A stretch of 63,999 bases of DNA, filler included, from Basidiobolus ranarum (lineage: Eukaryota): assembly GCA_040143965.1 (NCBI GenBank). It is 20 parts of 20 records of this genome, joined end to end, with 100 filler letters (N's around TTAATTAATTAA, not from the genome) between each part and the next. Parts side by side here need not be neighbours in the genome. Positions count along the whole stretch, not along the records: positions 22,528 to 25,640 come from JASJQH010002721.1; positions 25,741 to 28,852 come from JASJQH010002722.1; positions 28,953 to 32,062 come from JASJQH010002723.1; positions 32,163 to 35,271 come from JASJQH010002724.1; positions 35,372 to 38,477 come from JASJQH010002725.1; 15 more parts are not named here. One strand, given 5' to 3'. The position numbers and the translations under genes were made by a program. The notes below the pieces were generated by a model. That model ran no database searches, was not told the origin of the DNA, and worked only from the letters and a program-made list of their open reading frames with translations. Shown here one piece after another: positions 22,980 through 35,489 of the stretch; within the stretch, counting starts at the first letter, position 1; the number at the start of each line of letters is the position of its first letter.

Positions 22980-25640
22980 ATCACCTAGATTTGAGCCAAT
23001 TGTGGAAAAATCAAAAACCAGTCATTACTCTGAAACATCACAGGCAGCCATTTTCAAGCTCTGGGGAGACCATATTAACTCAGAACTCTGCCCTAACTCT
23101 GTTGGAACTATGTGGGCCCTTAAAAAATGTCTCACTAGTTAGCATAAGGTACTTTATAACCTTTATTGGTGACAAAACAAGTTGTACTTTGATATTCTTT
23201 CTCAAAGCAAAATCTTAAGCCTAAGCTACATTTAAGCACTACAAAGCAATAGGTGAAAAAGAGTCAGCAAAAAAATAAGGGTACTAAGGAGTGATAATGG
23301 TGGAGAATACTCATTTAAAGACCTTGCTGGTTTTTGTTCTAATCAAGGAATTATTCAACAAACTAACATATTTTATAATCCACAGCAAAACAGAGTTGTA
23401 GAACATGATAATAGGACCATATAGGAGATTGCAAGATCAATGTTACAAGATCAAAAGTTAGATTACCTAAATTGGGCTGAATCTGCCTCCACTGCTGTCG
23501 GTATCACAAATAGATACCCAACAAGATTGCTAAGAAATTCTACTCTATTCAAAGCCCTATATGAATCAAAACCTAGTGTGGATCATCCCAGCTACTTTAG
23601 TTGCATAGCATTCTGCCTAATTCCATATTAAATATTCTCTAAATTGGAACCCAAAAGTAGAAAAAGCACTTTTCTTAGGTACTGTGATGAATTTCCAGGC
23701 CTACAGACTGTTTGATACCAAAAATCAGAAGCTAATTAAGTGCAGAGATGCAATAGTTGAGGAATAGCCAAGTTTTTGACTTCTAATCACTGTTCTTGAA
23801 CCAGAAAATGCAATTGGTACTACTCAGGAAGTGTCTGACCAAATTACAGCTATATCTGAGATCTATGCACCCATAATTCCTGTTCTAATTACATCAGATG
23901 ATGATATAGGACACAGAATATCATCCAGAAGGAGAAATATGCCAGTAAACTGTTGGAACACATACAATGCTGATGCATATACTTATACAGCACTCTTGGA
24001 TTTAGCCAGAGACTTTGGTACAAGTGCTGGAGTGTCCAGAATCAAAATTCTGCACAAATGCAATGTCTGATGAGTTTTCTTCACTTTAGCACAATAAAAC
24101 ATGAGTCTTAAGACCTCTTGCATCAGGAAAAAAGCCAACAGGCTGCAAATTGGGCTACAGGGTCAAAAACCAAGCTGATGAAACCATATAAAGGCACAAA
24201 GCAAGATTAGTTGCAAAAGGTTATTTCCTGACCACTGGAGTTGTTCATCATGAACCTTTTTCCGCAGTAGCTAAGTTAAGCTTGATTGGATCAATCCTGG
24301 CACTCTCAGTCATCCACAACCTTGCTTTACTATAAATGGATGTCAAAACAGCTTTTCTGCATGTAAATATTGAAGAAGAGATCTATAGGGAGCAACCAGA
24401 TGGATTTGTTAAACTAAAGCACACTAATATTGTCTAAAAGCTGAAAATGTTGCTCTATAGACTCAAGCAAGCACCCAGGGCATGGTACAATGAGATAGAT
24501 ACCTACTTGGCATCACCGGAATTCTGGAAATGAATAGCATTTCAGAGTGCTTATATCAAAACTGATCAAAGTGTTTAGGATTCTTGAAAGTGCTTTGGAC
24601 AATATTTGGATTTGTGAATTAGACACTAAAGTGTTATTGATTTGAATGTATTTTGTTTATAATATAAAATGAGGTAGGACTATTGGATATGCTTAGATCA
24701 TATCAAACATGCCTGTTAAGCATGGGTCAAAATTTGAGATGATTTGGAAAAGTTTTAAGAAAATAGTGAAAATTGTTAAAAGTGATCTGATTAATATATC
24801 TACCAATTAGAGCAATAAACACATGTTTTTGAACACAAGAATTGAGTGCTAAATAATCACAATATGAATAAACTAATTACTAAATAATGAGTTGCTATTT
24901 ACCTAATTTCAACAAAAACAACGAAAACAGGATCCTTATCTTGGCACTGTATGTGGATCCCTTGATCATAGCCACCAAAGATCTAGATGCACTTAATCAG
25001 ACTAAACCAGCTTATCCTACCAATTTCAGATGATTGGTATTGGATGAATAAAGATAGTTTCTTGGACTTCTAATCAAGAGAGATAAACGTAGTAAGAAAA
25101 TCATGTTTATTCAGTCTGGATAAATCCAAGGCATCTTAAGACATTTCAACATGGAGAATAGCAAGCCTGTATTGAAACCAATGAATCCCATTTTAATATA
25201 TATCAAATTTCCATCCAATATGCCCCAAAATGACTAAAATCAAAAACAGGAGTTCCCTTATCACTCCTTAGTGGGTAGTTTAATGTATACAATGGTTGCA
25301 AGATGTCCAGACATTGCTCTGGCAGCAGGAACTGTTGGCCAATTTCTCAAAAATCCCTGATCTGAGCACAAAACTGCTGTAAAACAAATATTCAGCTATT
25401 TGCTAGAAACAGTAGATCTGGTTCTGGAATACTCTGCCACACATAATGCACAAATTTTTGAAGGCTATAGTGATGCAGACTGGGGAAGAAATCCTGATGC
25501 TAGAAGATCAACTACTGGGTAAGCTTTTCTCTTTGGTAGTTGAGCCATAACTTGGAATAGCATTAAGCAATCAACCATAGTATTTTCCACTACAGAAGCA
25601 GAGTATATGGCTGCCACTGCTACTCCACAAGAAGCTATGA
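22980..25640 (+). mobile_element. Decayed Copia integrase-RT-RNase H remnant
   Basis: LRSDNGGEY, PQQNRVVEH, HKARLVAKGY, MDVKTAFLH, LALYVD, EGYSDADWG and FSTTEAEYMAA. Confidence 0.93.
24563..24914 (-). mobile_element. Solo LTR, family B (352 bp), with 5-bp TSD AAAAC
   Basis: Reverse complement of 11208-11559. AAAAC at 24558-24562 and 24915-24919. Confidence 0.9.
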
Positions 25641-26916
25641 NNNNNNNNNNNNNNNNNNNNNNNNNNNNNNNNNNNNNNNNNNNNTTAATTAATTAANNNN
25701 NNNNNNNNNNNNNNNNNNNNNNNNNNNNNNNNNNNNNNNNGTTACCCTTCTTCATTTCATCTTTTGCTATCTTTATTCGTTCATTCTTCTTTAAGAGTAT
25801 GTTTAAGAACATACGTAGCTTGTTTCCGAATTGTAAGGAGATGCCATTCAATTATTTTCGTTACTTCATACGAGACTATTTGATGTGCATACTTTAAGTT
25901 AATTGGCTCATATAAACTATGTTGAAAGTAATTGGTACATTTGTTGGAAAAGGGTCAGCTTTCGTTTCCTAATTTGCACAAGAAATAAACGAAAGTCTAT
26001 CAGTAATGACCCTTGTGAATTCTGGATCGATATGGGGTTCAACCAAACACCTCACTATAGAACTCCAAGGCTGAAGGGCAACTCCAGTGGCTTTGCAAGT
26101 CACGGTTCGTATTAGCCTTATACTCTATACAGCCACCGTAGTCTTAATTGGAGGATATCGAGACCACAAGAAAAGTATAGATTGGGAAATTCTGGATTTA
26201 TGATATCAAGGATACGGTTCAAATCTGGGCCAGGTTCAAATGCCACAAATCAGATAGCTTAGCTTTGAAACCAGTGTGGCATTGTACATCATAAAGGAGA
26301 AGGTAAGACATCTAGTGCGGACCTGCTGTCATTACCATTCTGTAAACCCAACATATATATTGATGGCTATTCCAGATGTATATACTATGCATGCCATGCA
26401 GTTATTAGAACTACCCGCCAAGAATTACCGATATAGCTAGCAGGCTTAGATAATGGCCTTTTGCTTTTCTAGTATGGTTAGTGCTAATCGTGGATATTAA
26501 AATGAAATCTCGGATTTTCCATTTGTAATGGTGCATGTAGCCATCCCAAACACTGAGCATGTTTTTCAAACTTGCATTCTATTTCTTGGTTTGCTGAGCA
26601 GCCATCTACAGTTCCCTGGATCTAATTTGATCGACTCCAGCTTATGAGATCGATGTCGCTGAGCCTGCTGAGGAAGTAGCGTCAACTACAGCAACCCAAA
26701 CAATGGAATCATATCCTTAAGGATTAAACGCAGCCATCCATTCTTACCGAAGATGTTGACCGTTGGTCTGCAGTGACTTGCTTTTTGTATGGGTTTTTAT
26801 TTATTGAAATATACGTGTCACAGAAATGGTTGATTTTTGTGATGTTGGTGATATTTATGGACTTTGTACTTAATACTACATAGTTACGAGTATGACTGCT
26901 GTTATACATAACCTAT

Positions 26917-27144
26917 TTACACGCGAAGCTTACGCCTAGCTGTAGCTAATGGGCCTTTCTTCTTCTTTGGCTTCATACCGAGCATTCTTTTAACCCTGAC
27001 AGAGGTCGGAACCGTGGATTTCCTGGCTCTACGTGGTTTTGTAGCCACAACGCGACGATGTTGTTTGACCTTGGGAAGGGCAAGCTTGCGAGGCTTGCTA
27101 CGTGGGCGACGAGTGGTTTTGACGGTTGATAATTTGTTTCCCAT
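26917..27144 (-). CDS. Small, highly basic protein with an N-myristoylation motif (75 aa)
   Basis: Starts MGNKLS (MGxxxS), has 29 K+R and no D/E. AACATGG start context, TATATAAG about 100 nt upstream, AATAAA downstream. GC/CpG-rich island. Confidence 0.7.
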   Translation of the reverse strand: MGNKLSTVKTTRRPRSKPRKLALPKVKQHRRVVATKPRRARKSTVPTSVRVKRMLGMKPKKKKGPLATARRKLRV

Positions 27145-28741
27145 GTTGTTCGGATGGAGTTGTTCGAGTAGTAAAGATTATTAATGTGTAATGTGTAATG
27201 TGGAGACGTAGGCTGTGATAATCTTTATTCAAGCCATACTGCGTCTCTTATATACTTCATTGAAGTTATCTCTGAACTGTGATGAAATCGAATCGACGTC
27301 ACTACTTCTCCAAATGGCCGAGCGTCATTCTTGGTTTAATATCATGAATTCGCAACTGTACTTGACCTATGACCAACCTGGTGATAAACCATATCCATGT
27401 TACTCAGAGTGCCTTGTGCATGTTAAGGATCGGCCCCTTCATTAAAAACGGTAATGAAGTAGAGGCAGCGTCCATTAAGCTATATCTGGATCATGAAAAA
27501 TACTTAGCATACAACAAACCTTATTTCTGCAGCTCAGACAACTGTTGAATATGACTATTGGATAGGTCTAGTGCCCTCCCATTCCTATCATCTGGCTCAG
27601 AGATAATGGTATCACGCAATGGAAACTATGGCCACACCATCTAACCAATACTTCATCCATCGTCACTACCCTAATGGAGGAATGTGATACAAAGTTTAAG
27701 CTTCAACCTGAATATACCTGGGAACAAGAAATCTCGACCATCTATTCACCAGCGACTCGGCTCTAGAGCTAGGATATCGGCGCCAGTACGAGTAGATCGG
27801 TTGATTGAAATCACAATTCGCATATCATTCGATTAATTCTAAAATGCATTCTTTTACATGTTGTAGTATAGCTTAACGCGATATATGTCTTTAGTTTTAT
27901 TATTTAATTAGTACTCAGAGATTGAACAATTACTCTAACATGGGTTAACTTTCTATATAATTCTCGTAGATAACACGTTATACTAATTGCTTGATGTTTC
28001 AGTATTAGGGCAATATTACAGTATATATATATGAATGATTGCCTCAATGATTAAATGCTTGCTGGAAATTATAACAAATTAGCAATAGGCTTTATAACCA
28101 TCAACTCCCTAAACATTGCTCCTTTGCTATAAAACTACTACTGAAATATTTACATGATGAGCTTTAGTGAAATAGTATATCCCAATTCCAATTAGATATA
28201 TATTCTTCAATAGCCGGGAATAGACAAAATACTTCTCATATCGAAACCTAGTTAACCTCCTAAAGATGCTTGAAATCTTCCTACCTGACATTTGTTCATT
28301 TCCAACGCAAGTATAAATTCCACATAATGATGTTGAGATCTGTTATCCAGAAGCGCCTACTACATGCATATATTACATCCAAGCTTATTGGCATTGATTA
28401 TTCAACTATTAGGTCAAAATTAATATGGATCTATGTCAATTACCCCATAGTTAATAAGTTGCACTTGAAACTTGAATCATCAAAATTAACTCCAAAATGG
28501 CTGACTTTGCTCCTAGAGATGTTCTGAACACAAACTCATTGTAGGTTTTTAGTATCACCTTTAACAGTATTAACGTATTAACTATGGGCATTCAAGAAAC
28601 TTATCCTAAGTACACAGTAAGTCCACAAACATCAAACTTGCACTCTAGAAAAAACCAGTGTAAATTGCATCTTTTAACTATTACAAATATTTTCATTTCA
28701 ATCCAAACATTTACAATAACCGCCTTGTAAATAGTACCTTG

Positions 28742-28852
28742 TGTTAAAGTATTTGGGAGCCTGTTGGAAGTGGTTTGGAGAATTAGAGGAATTGGTAGTT
28801 TTCACTTATTGATTTATTGAGTAGAAAGTTGACATTTATAGTTTTGTCAAGA
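28742..28852 (-). mobile_element. Copia LTR family A, partial
   Basis: Reverse complement of the LTR-A 3' end, cut by the contig end. Confidence 0.85.
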
Positions 28853-28952
28853 NNNNNNNNNNNNNNNNNNNNNNNNNNNNNNNNNNNNNNNNNNNNTTAA
28901 TTAATTAANNNNNNNNNNNNNNNNNNNNNNNNNNNNNNNNNNNNNNNNNNNN

Positions 28953-29062
28953 CTACTATATAAGTCACCATATACTCTTAAGAATAAACTAACTAAAACA
29001 CACTATCATAAGTTGCTTCTAATACTCAAAGTCTACCCCATTATGTCAAGATCCTCCAACAA
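28953..29062 (+). mobile_element. Copia LTR family D, 3' part
   Basis: Reverse-complement match to 39358-39468. Ends CCTCCAACA. Confidence 0.7.
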
Positions 29063-29138
29063 TCATTTATAAGAATACCAGTTATCCACATATAATCAGT
29101 GGTGACTTGACCATATTATAGTATTTGTGACTTGATAC

Positions 29139-29467
29139 TGTTGAAATTAGCATTGCCTAAGCACCTATATAGTCATATATAGCTTAGTACTTAGTTATCT
29201 TATATCTCACCAAGATATTATCCATTATTCTCATAAGGAATTTACTTAAAAGTTCTCAGATATATAAATTTTGGTACCTTGTGCTAGAAGCCCCAAACTT
29301 GGCACACATGTTCCTGGGACCTTCCTTAACACATTCTACATGCTAGTCTGTTTACATCTTGACAAAACTATAAATGTCAACTTTCAACTCAATAAATCAA
29401 CAAGTGAAAACCACCAATTTGTCTAATTCTCCAAACCACTTCCAACAGGCTCCTAAATACTTTAACA
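29139..29467 (+). mobile_element. Solo LTR, family A
   Basis: TGTTGAAATTAGCATTGCC...TTTAACA with internal TATAAAT and AATAAA. Confidence 0.9.
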
Positions 29468-31384
29468 TACAGAGCATCACAAAGAGTGGTGAGATCATTT
29501 GCATAATTTGAAGTACTATGGTTAAGCTATGTGTAAAATGTCAAGTTGAATCATACAGATATTGTCATGAAAAATGTTTGCAAAAAAAGTGAATCATTTA
29601 TGGAGAATATGTATAATTAAGAATCCATAGATTCTAAGCATGTGGACTAGTGACTAGTATCTAGGTATACCTAAAAACCTAGTACAAGATGCATACTGAT
29701 TGCATGCTCTTGGCATCTTGCTACCAAGTTCCAATCTCAATGCCAGGTGCTTCCTTTAGACAGAATCGTCCTACATACTGCATTTGATCTGCTATTGTTG
29801 ATCCAAATTATTTTCCAGTATAACATATGAAACTTGTGTTTAGCGACATTGCCTGAGAACTAATTTTAAACGAACTATTCCCCAATATCTAGAGATCATT
29901 CCCCTACAGCACCTGCATCTCTCCTACAAGTATCAGCAACTACACCGTTTACAGTAGATGTCCAAATGACAAGTACCTAATAGTTTTCCGGTTTTCCAGG
30001 TCTGACAAATATTATTGAGCAGCCGAATGATATCTGAATTAGTATTCTATAATGAACTCTCCTGTTGCATTGTAAACTTTGGTTTCATTCTATAAATTTC
30101 TGATTTCAGTTGAAATAGTTCACAACTCCACATGCAACATGTAATGGTCTACTAAGCTTGATATATGCAGGAATTGAATAGACAACATACTGTATATATC
30201 CAATAGATTAATCTAGCAGAGAATAAAATACTCCAGCAATGCTAGATTCAACCTGATCTTGATAGAATCAATGCTGGCATTTTCAAAATCACTCGGATAA
30301 CTTCCTACTTGTACAAAACTCCGACTGGTTCTCAACTAAGGGAGAGTACCATTAATTGTAGCAACTGTACCATTCACTCAATTACAATATCTGACTTTTG
30401 CCAATCCCCCCCCAAATTTCTCGTTGGGGCAGGCTTACCTAGAATGCTCTTCACTTTTTCAATATGACGATGTTATACGAATGCCCAAATATACAACTAA
30501 CAATTAGTTATACGATAATATACCAAGCTATCTTGAAATCCAGCGTCGTTGGTAAAGCCAGCTCTTGTCTAGGCACTTTACTATCGATAATATGGACTTG
30601 GAGCATTGGCCATCTGGATTATTATCGAGCTCATCGTTGCACGAACTCTTCAACTCTCAACGATACCGGTTTATATTCCTTTATTGGTCTACCTGATCTA
30701 GTCTATCTTTGTTTCCCACATTTGACAACTCATAAAAGAGCTGGCCAGGGTTGACAAGCAAGGCTTGTAGGGTTAGGTAGCTCCAGGTAAAATCGAGGAT
30801 CTCTCAACATCCCAACTGTTTCTAATTTCTTGGATATGTTGGAATACCCCTCATGCGATTTATTACGCACCTCAAATATCACTCGCATACATGTTGATTT
30901 GATCCGGTGCTGGAATGTCAGGTTACACCGACACTGAGACTGAACATGGGCCATTAGTGGCTACGATATCTACTAAACAAGATAATTACCCAGTTAAGCA
31001 AAATTCTTTACAATCGTATTCTCAGAAAAATATCGAATTCTCGGGGTTTTCTCCTCCAAAGAGGTATAATTTGCGAACTGATGGTGAAATCAAAACTTGA
31101 TTATCAATGGAAAAGCATCCATTTAATTGGTCACATTTTAATGGGCTACTGGTGCTATAACAGACCGATGACTCACCACATATTTATTACCCACGCTCTT
31201 GTTTCAATTCCGTTTAAAACTTAGGGAATCTGGAAATATTCTTTTACTTCACAGAGAATTAGTTTTATTCGACTGAGTTCGCTTCATAACAGCCCCACAG
31301 CCTTGTGCATCAAAATTTTAATACAATACTGTTCTAGCTGTTTCCTAGGTTTAGCTTCTTATTTCGTAACCCAAGTATAAAGGA

Positions 31385-32062
31385 ATGTTGGTACAGACCA
31401 ATTCCTCAAACCAGCTTGACGACATCTACCCCAATAATTTAGTCGAATATCCCGACGTTTCGCCAAGTCATTCAAACATCTCCCCATTTTTAAATAGTGT
31501 TTCAGAGCATGAATTCTTCAAGAGTCACTCGATCCCTTCTGACGAATCAGACCTCGTTACACCTGAACCAGAGGGATTAAGACCCTTACCCGAAATCGAT
31601 GCGAGTAAGAGCGACAGCATAACAGACATCAACTACACAGAATCAAGTCTCACGAATATGGATTTTTCAGATACAGAAGAGTTTGAAGAAGAATACCCAC
31701 CTATCCTTCCTCACCTCCCCGATCAGCCTTTTGCCTTCTCCTTAAAGTCTTCCGAACAATTTAAACTAGCCAGGAAAAAGGGGAGGAATTCCAAGAGTGT
31801 TTCAGAGAAGGCTTCACATTCCAAAAACAAAGATGTCAGCCAAGACTCAAATTCCGAAAGCGAACCTCAATCTTATCCCGAAACTTCTTCCACTACAGAT
31901 AATAAGGACTCTAGAGTAACAGGAAACGATGCCTTTTATATCCCATGGGGTTCAGAAAGAGATCGGTTAGGTTGTGCACCATTATATCCGCAGCCGTTAA
32001 AAGCCAAAACCCCACTACCCAGTGGATTTTCTCTATTGAGCAAAAATCTTCGGGAATCTTTA
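31385..32062 (+). CDS. Hypothetical protein, acidic Ser-rich N-terminal part (3'-truncated)
   Basis: 226-codon stop-free ORF open to the contig end, with CpG-normal composition. No domain recognised. Confidence 0.7.
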
Positions 32063-32162
32063 NNNNNNNNNNNNNNNNNNNNNNNNNNNNNNNNNNNNNN
32101 NNNNNNTTAATTAATTAANNNNNNNNNNNNNNNNNNNNNNNNNNNNNNNNNNNNNNNNNNNN

Positions 32163-32510
32163 GGTAAAGATGGAAAGGACGGAAAGGATGGTAAAGATGG
32201 AAAGGATGGCAAAGACGGAAAGGATGGACCTCCAGGGAAGGATGGTAAAGACGGTAAAGATGGGAAGGATGGCAAGGACGGTAAAGACGGAAAAGATGCA
32301 GCACTCTTCGCCAACAACCAACAAATCCAGGAAGATAATAATGAACATGCTCGTCTAGTTGCTAGAGCCGAGATCCCATACAGAAGACCTAATTATGGAA
32401 AAGGCAATGATGGACCTAAACTCCAGCAAGCTGATGATGGCAGCTTCTGTGAGGAACCGATTGCTATACCTATCCCTAGTATCATGCAAGTCATCACAAT
32501 TTGTCTTTGA
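32163..32510 (+). CDS. Collagen-like protein, C-terminal part: (GKD)7-GPP-(GKD)7 plus a 70-aa tail
   Basis: Frame from 32163 gives 15 uninterrupted Gly-X-Y triplets with varied synonymous codons, then AALFANNQQ...SFCEEPIAIPIPSIMQVITICL*. Missed by the ORF track because there is no start codon in the contig. Confidence 0.85.
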   Translation, partial: GKDGKDGKDGKDGKDGKDGKDGPPGKDGKDGKDGKDGKDGKDGKDAALFANNQQIQEDNNEHARLVARAEIPYRRPNYGKGNDGPKLQQADDGSFCEEPIAIPIPSIMQVITICL

Positions 32511-33542
32511 TTACTCTAGTCAAGTTCTCAGTTAACTTTAAAACTTAGCGCTCTCAAGGCACCATCTGTTTAAGATACCATTTATATATTTACATTAACC
32601 CTTATGAAATTCCTCTAGAATTTAAGACCTTAGTCAATCTTTTTACTCCAATTGCTCTCGCTATTTGTACCAATCATGTGATAGATAGATTAAATCAGCT
32701 TCCTATGTTATGTGCATAAATAAATGAAGATTGAATAAGCAGTATTAATATTTAATGGCACAAATCTATTTTTGAGTAATGGTGGTGATTTTTAGAATAT
32801 TTGCAAGGCGAAAAAGATTATTGATTCCAAGGTGGATTTCTTGGTTGACTAGAATTGGTTTATCATGTAACCCTTTTTTGCGAAATATAGCCTGTGAGTG
32901 ATTTTCTAAGATCTTTAATGTTCAGCACAAATGTTCAGCACAGACCGATTAGTTAATTGGATTCCAGATAATCTAGAAATGGAAGTCGAGCATTTATAGA
33001 AAAGAAACGAAATAACATAATTCAGCGGGTATTTATAGCACTCCTTCCGAATCGGGAAACTCCATGTTGCGCTCCAAAAACGCGACAGGCACCACTTCCA
33101 TTTATTGTTGTAAACATAGGTGACATGTCTACATATGGTCAATCAGTCACCTAACCCTAAATCACCATCATAACCCCCTAAACAGCCAGTATTTAGTAGC
33201 TTCCAACCCTATTCCTAAATCACTTAACACGCTCCAGTCCAATGAAGAAATAAATTGCATGTTAATTACATTCGAGGTCAATCGGAATATCTGATCAGGA
33301 TTAATTCTAGAGATGGTGATTGGTAACAGAATATATACTTGGAAAACCTGGGCAATCTGAGCAATCTTCGATTTCTATCGAAGTTTAAGAATGAGACCAA
33401 CATAAATAAATTGCTGTGGTACGAGTCTATTCCCGGATTTTTGCTGCTTCTCTTAATATCCCACTTCACTTCAGTTTGTAAGAAGTGTAGAGCATACACA
33501 TACCAACACAGCTCTATCATATAAACCTATATTTCTTATTCA

Positions 33543-34856
33543 ATGGGGAGTCCTGGTCAATTTACTGACCTTTGTCATCAATTTGCATTTTCCGTTTGCC
33601 CACTGGTAGGCCCACGACCTGATGGCGTGGCACCCGATTGTATTCCGCGTAACTTAGACTTATGGGGGACATTCTTTTTGGAGCCTGGTATGCTTTTGAT
33701 TAGCTTCTCGTTGCATGTAGTTCTTGATCTCACCTCTTTTCGTTTTGATCTCACCTCTTTTCGTTAGGTGCCCTCATAATGGACTTAGGGTCGATGGGAA
33801 TGGCAGCAATTATGGCCTACAATATATTTCTGAAGTATACCGCCGTTGGTAAGCGTGTAGAAATGAACTATCTAACTTATGGATGATTCTTATCACATTT
33901 GATTCTACAGGCCGCAAAGAAATGCTCATATTTTTCTACTTGTATTTCACTACGCTTATATTCGACTTCATCATGCTGTCAGGACTGATTCCAGCATCGA
34001 ATGGTGCTTACAAGGTACTAAATCACTACATATCTCCTCTAAAGATCCTCACCTAACCGTATTATGTTAGTATATCGCTGCTATACACGTGTCTCTTATT
34101 TCCACTACAATCTGGGCACTCCTCGCGAATGGCTTTGTCGGTTTTCAATTTGCCGAAGATGGGTCGAGGTTATCCCTTTGGGTAAGCATCGCTTTGGTTA
34201 GAACCAATGGTTTTCTATTTAGTATTACTCACTCGATTCTTTTCTAGTCGCTGAAGATTTCCTCCTTTATCGTATTTGCCTTCGTCTATGTTGTCGCTAT
34301 TGGAACTTTTCTAGACTGGACCACTGGATTTAGTCCCGCCGCGCCTTACGCATTATGGGCGATTTATTGGGTCTTGAATCCCGTTGCTGTTTTCATTTAC
34401 TTTGTTTTACAAGTGATTCTTGTAGTGAGAACTCTACAAGAGCTCTGGCCTCTGGGTAAGTTTTTATTCCAACAATTTCCTCGCAACCATTTAACTAACC
34501 CATCTTTAGGGGATATCATTCTTGCCTTGGTCTCGTTTATTGCAGCCAATGTCATTTCTAGTTTCGTTTCTAAAGTGATCTGCAAAGGAACCAACCATTA
34601 CATTGATGGCTCATTTTTTGCCGTGCTATTCAATCTATTTGCTGTCATGATGGTCTACAAATACTGGGATTCCATCACTAACGAAGAGCTGGAGTATTCC
34701 TATGGAGATACTGGTTACAACTGGGAAGTGCGAGAGTTACTTACCGCCGAAGACGAATCCGACTTCCAATACGAATTTGATGGTTCAAGCACTGGCGGAT
34801 CAAGTATCAGGGGGAAATCACCATTGCGAACCGCTTCCAGAGATCGATTCTTATAA
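33543..34856 (+). CDS. CHS7: Chitin synthase export chaperone Chs7, 6 exons, 331 aa
   Basis: Exons 33543-33687, 33768-33848, 33911-34014, 34071-34181, 34248-34455 and 34510-34856 (996 nt, all introns GT-AG). Motifs KYTAVGRKEM, NGFVGFQFAEDG, WPLGDI, HYIDGSFF and VMMVYKYWDSIT. Confidence 0.95.
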
Positions 34857-35371
34857 CGGATAGACATAACACATCATCGCGCATTATCTCCACATCACCA
34901 CTCAGTTTTTCACGCGTCCTTTTATCTCTTTCATAGCCCTAATCATTTGTCACTTTGTGAAGGTGAATGCGCATCTGTAGTGCCTTTATATCAGTCATGT
35001 CAAGCTTGACGAAATCTTAGGGACTTTCACAGCTAGCTCTGAAATGTTGATACTTCTTGTAGATTTCTTTAAAACTTTTGTTTCTTCATATTAAATATTA
35101 ATCTTGTTTTTGGAGTGAGTGTGCCATAGTAAATGCGCCATATTATAAAATCTCTATTCAAATACATACTTTTTTGTTATCGTAGCCTAGCCATACTTAA
35201 ATGTACCATGGTTTTTCTGATCTTGGGGTTATGAGAAGATATGCCAAGTTTTGTCCCTTCATTACTATAACNNNNNNNNNNNNNNNNNNNNNNNNNNNNN
35301 NNNNNNNNNNNNNNNTTAATTAATTAANNNNNNNNNNNNNNNNNNNNNNNNNNNNNNNNNNNNNNNNNNNN

Positions 35372-35489
35372 TTTCAGCTATACAAGCAACTGAGTGGCCT
35401 TAGACTTTGTGTTCAGATGCAGTCACCATACTCCATATTTTCCTCTTTGGGAATTACTGCTTGTACTACAAGTCACCAGACTCTCAACA
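35372..35489 (-). mobile_element. Second copy of the tRNA-TRIM LTR (5' part)
   Basis: Aligns without gaps to 6672-6789 (CAAGCAACTGA.TGGCCT.AGACTTT.TGTTCAGATGCAGTCACCATACTCCATATTTTCC...CAAGTCACCAGACT.TCAACA). Inserted in a Copia integrase. Confidence 0.9.

Noticed and set aside
32107-32358. ORF-track proteins with PSFPSL, HPFRLY or MERTERM repeats
   Set aside because: Shadow frames of the GKD collagen repeat, whose variation falls at third positions of the GKD frame.
33724-33765. 21-bp tandem duplication TTGATCTCACCTCTTTTCGTT x2
   Set aside because: A local duplication within CHS7 intron 1 with no coding effect.
34374-34856. Standalone 160-aa ORF
   Set aside because: It is CHS7 exons 5-6 read through a stop-free 54-nt intron that has GTAAGT, CTAAC and TAG signals.
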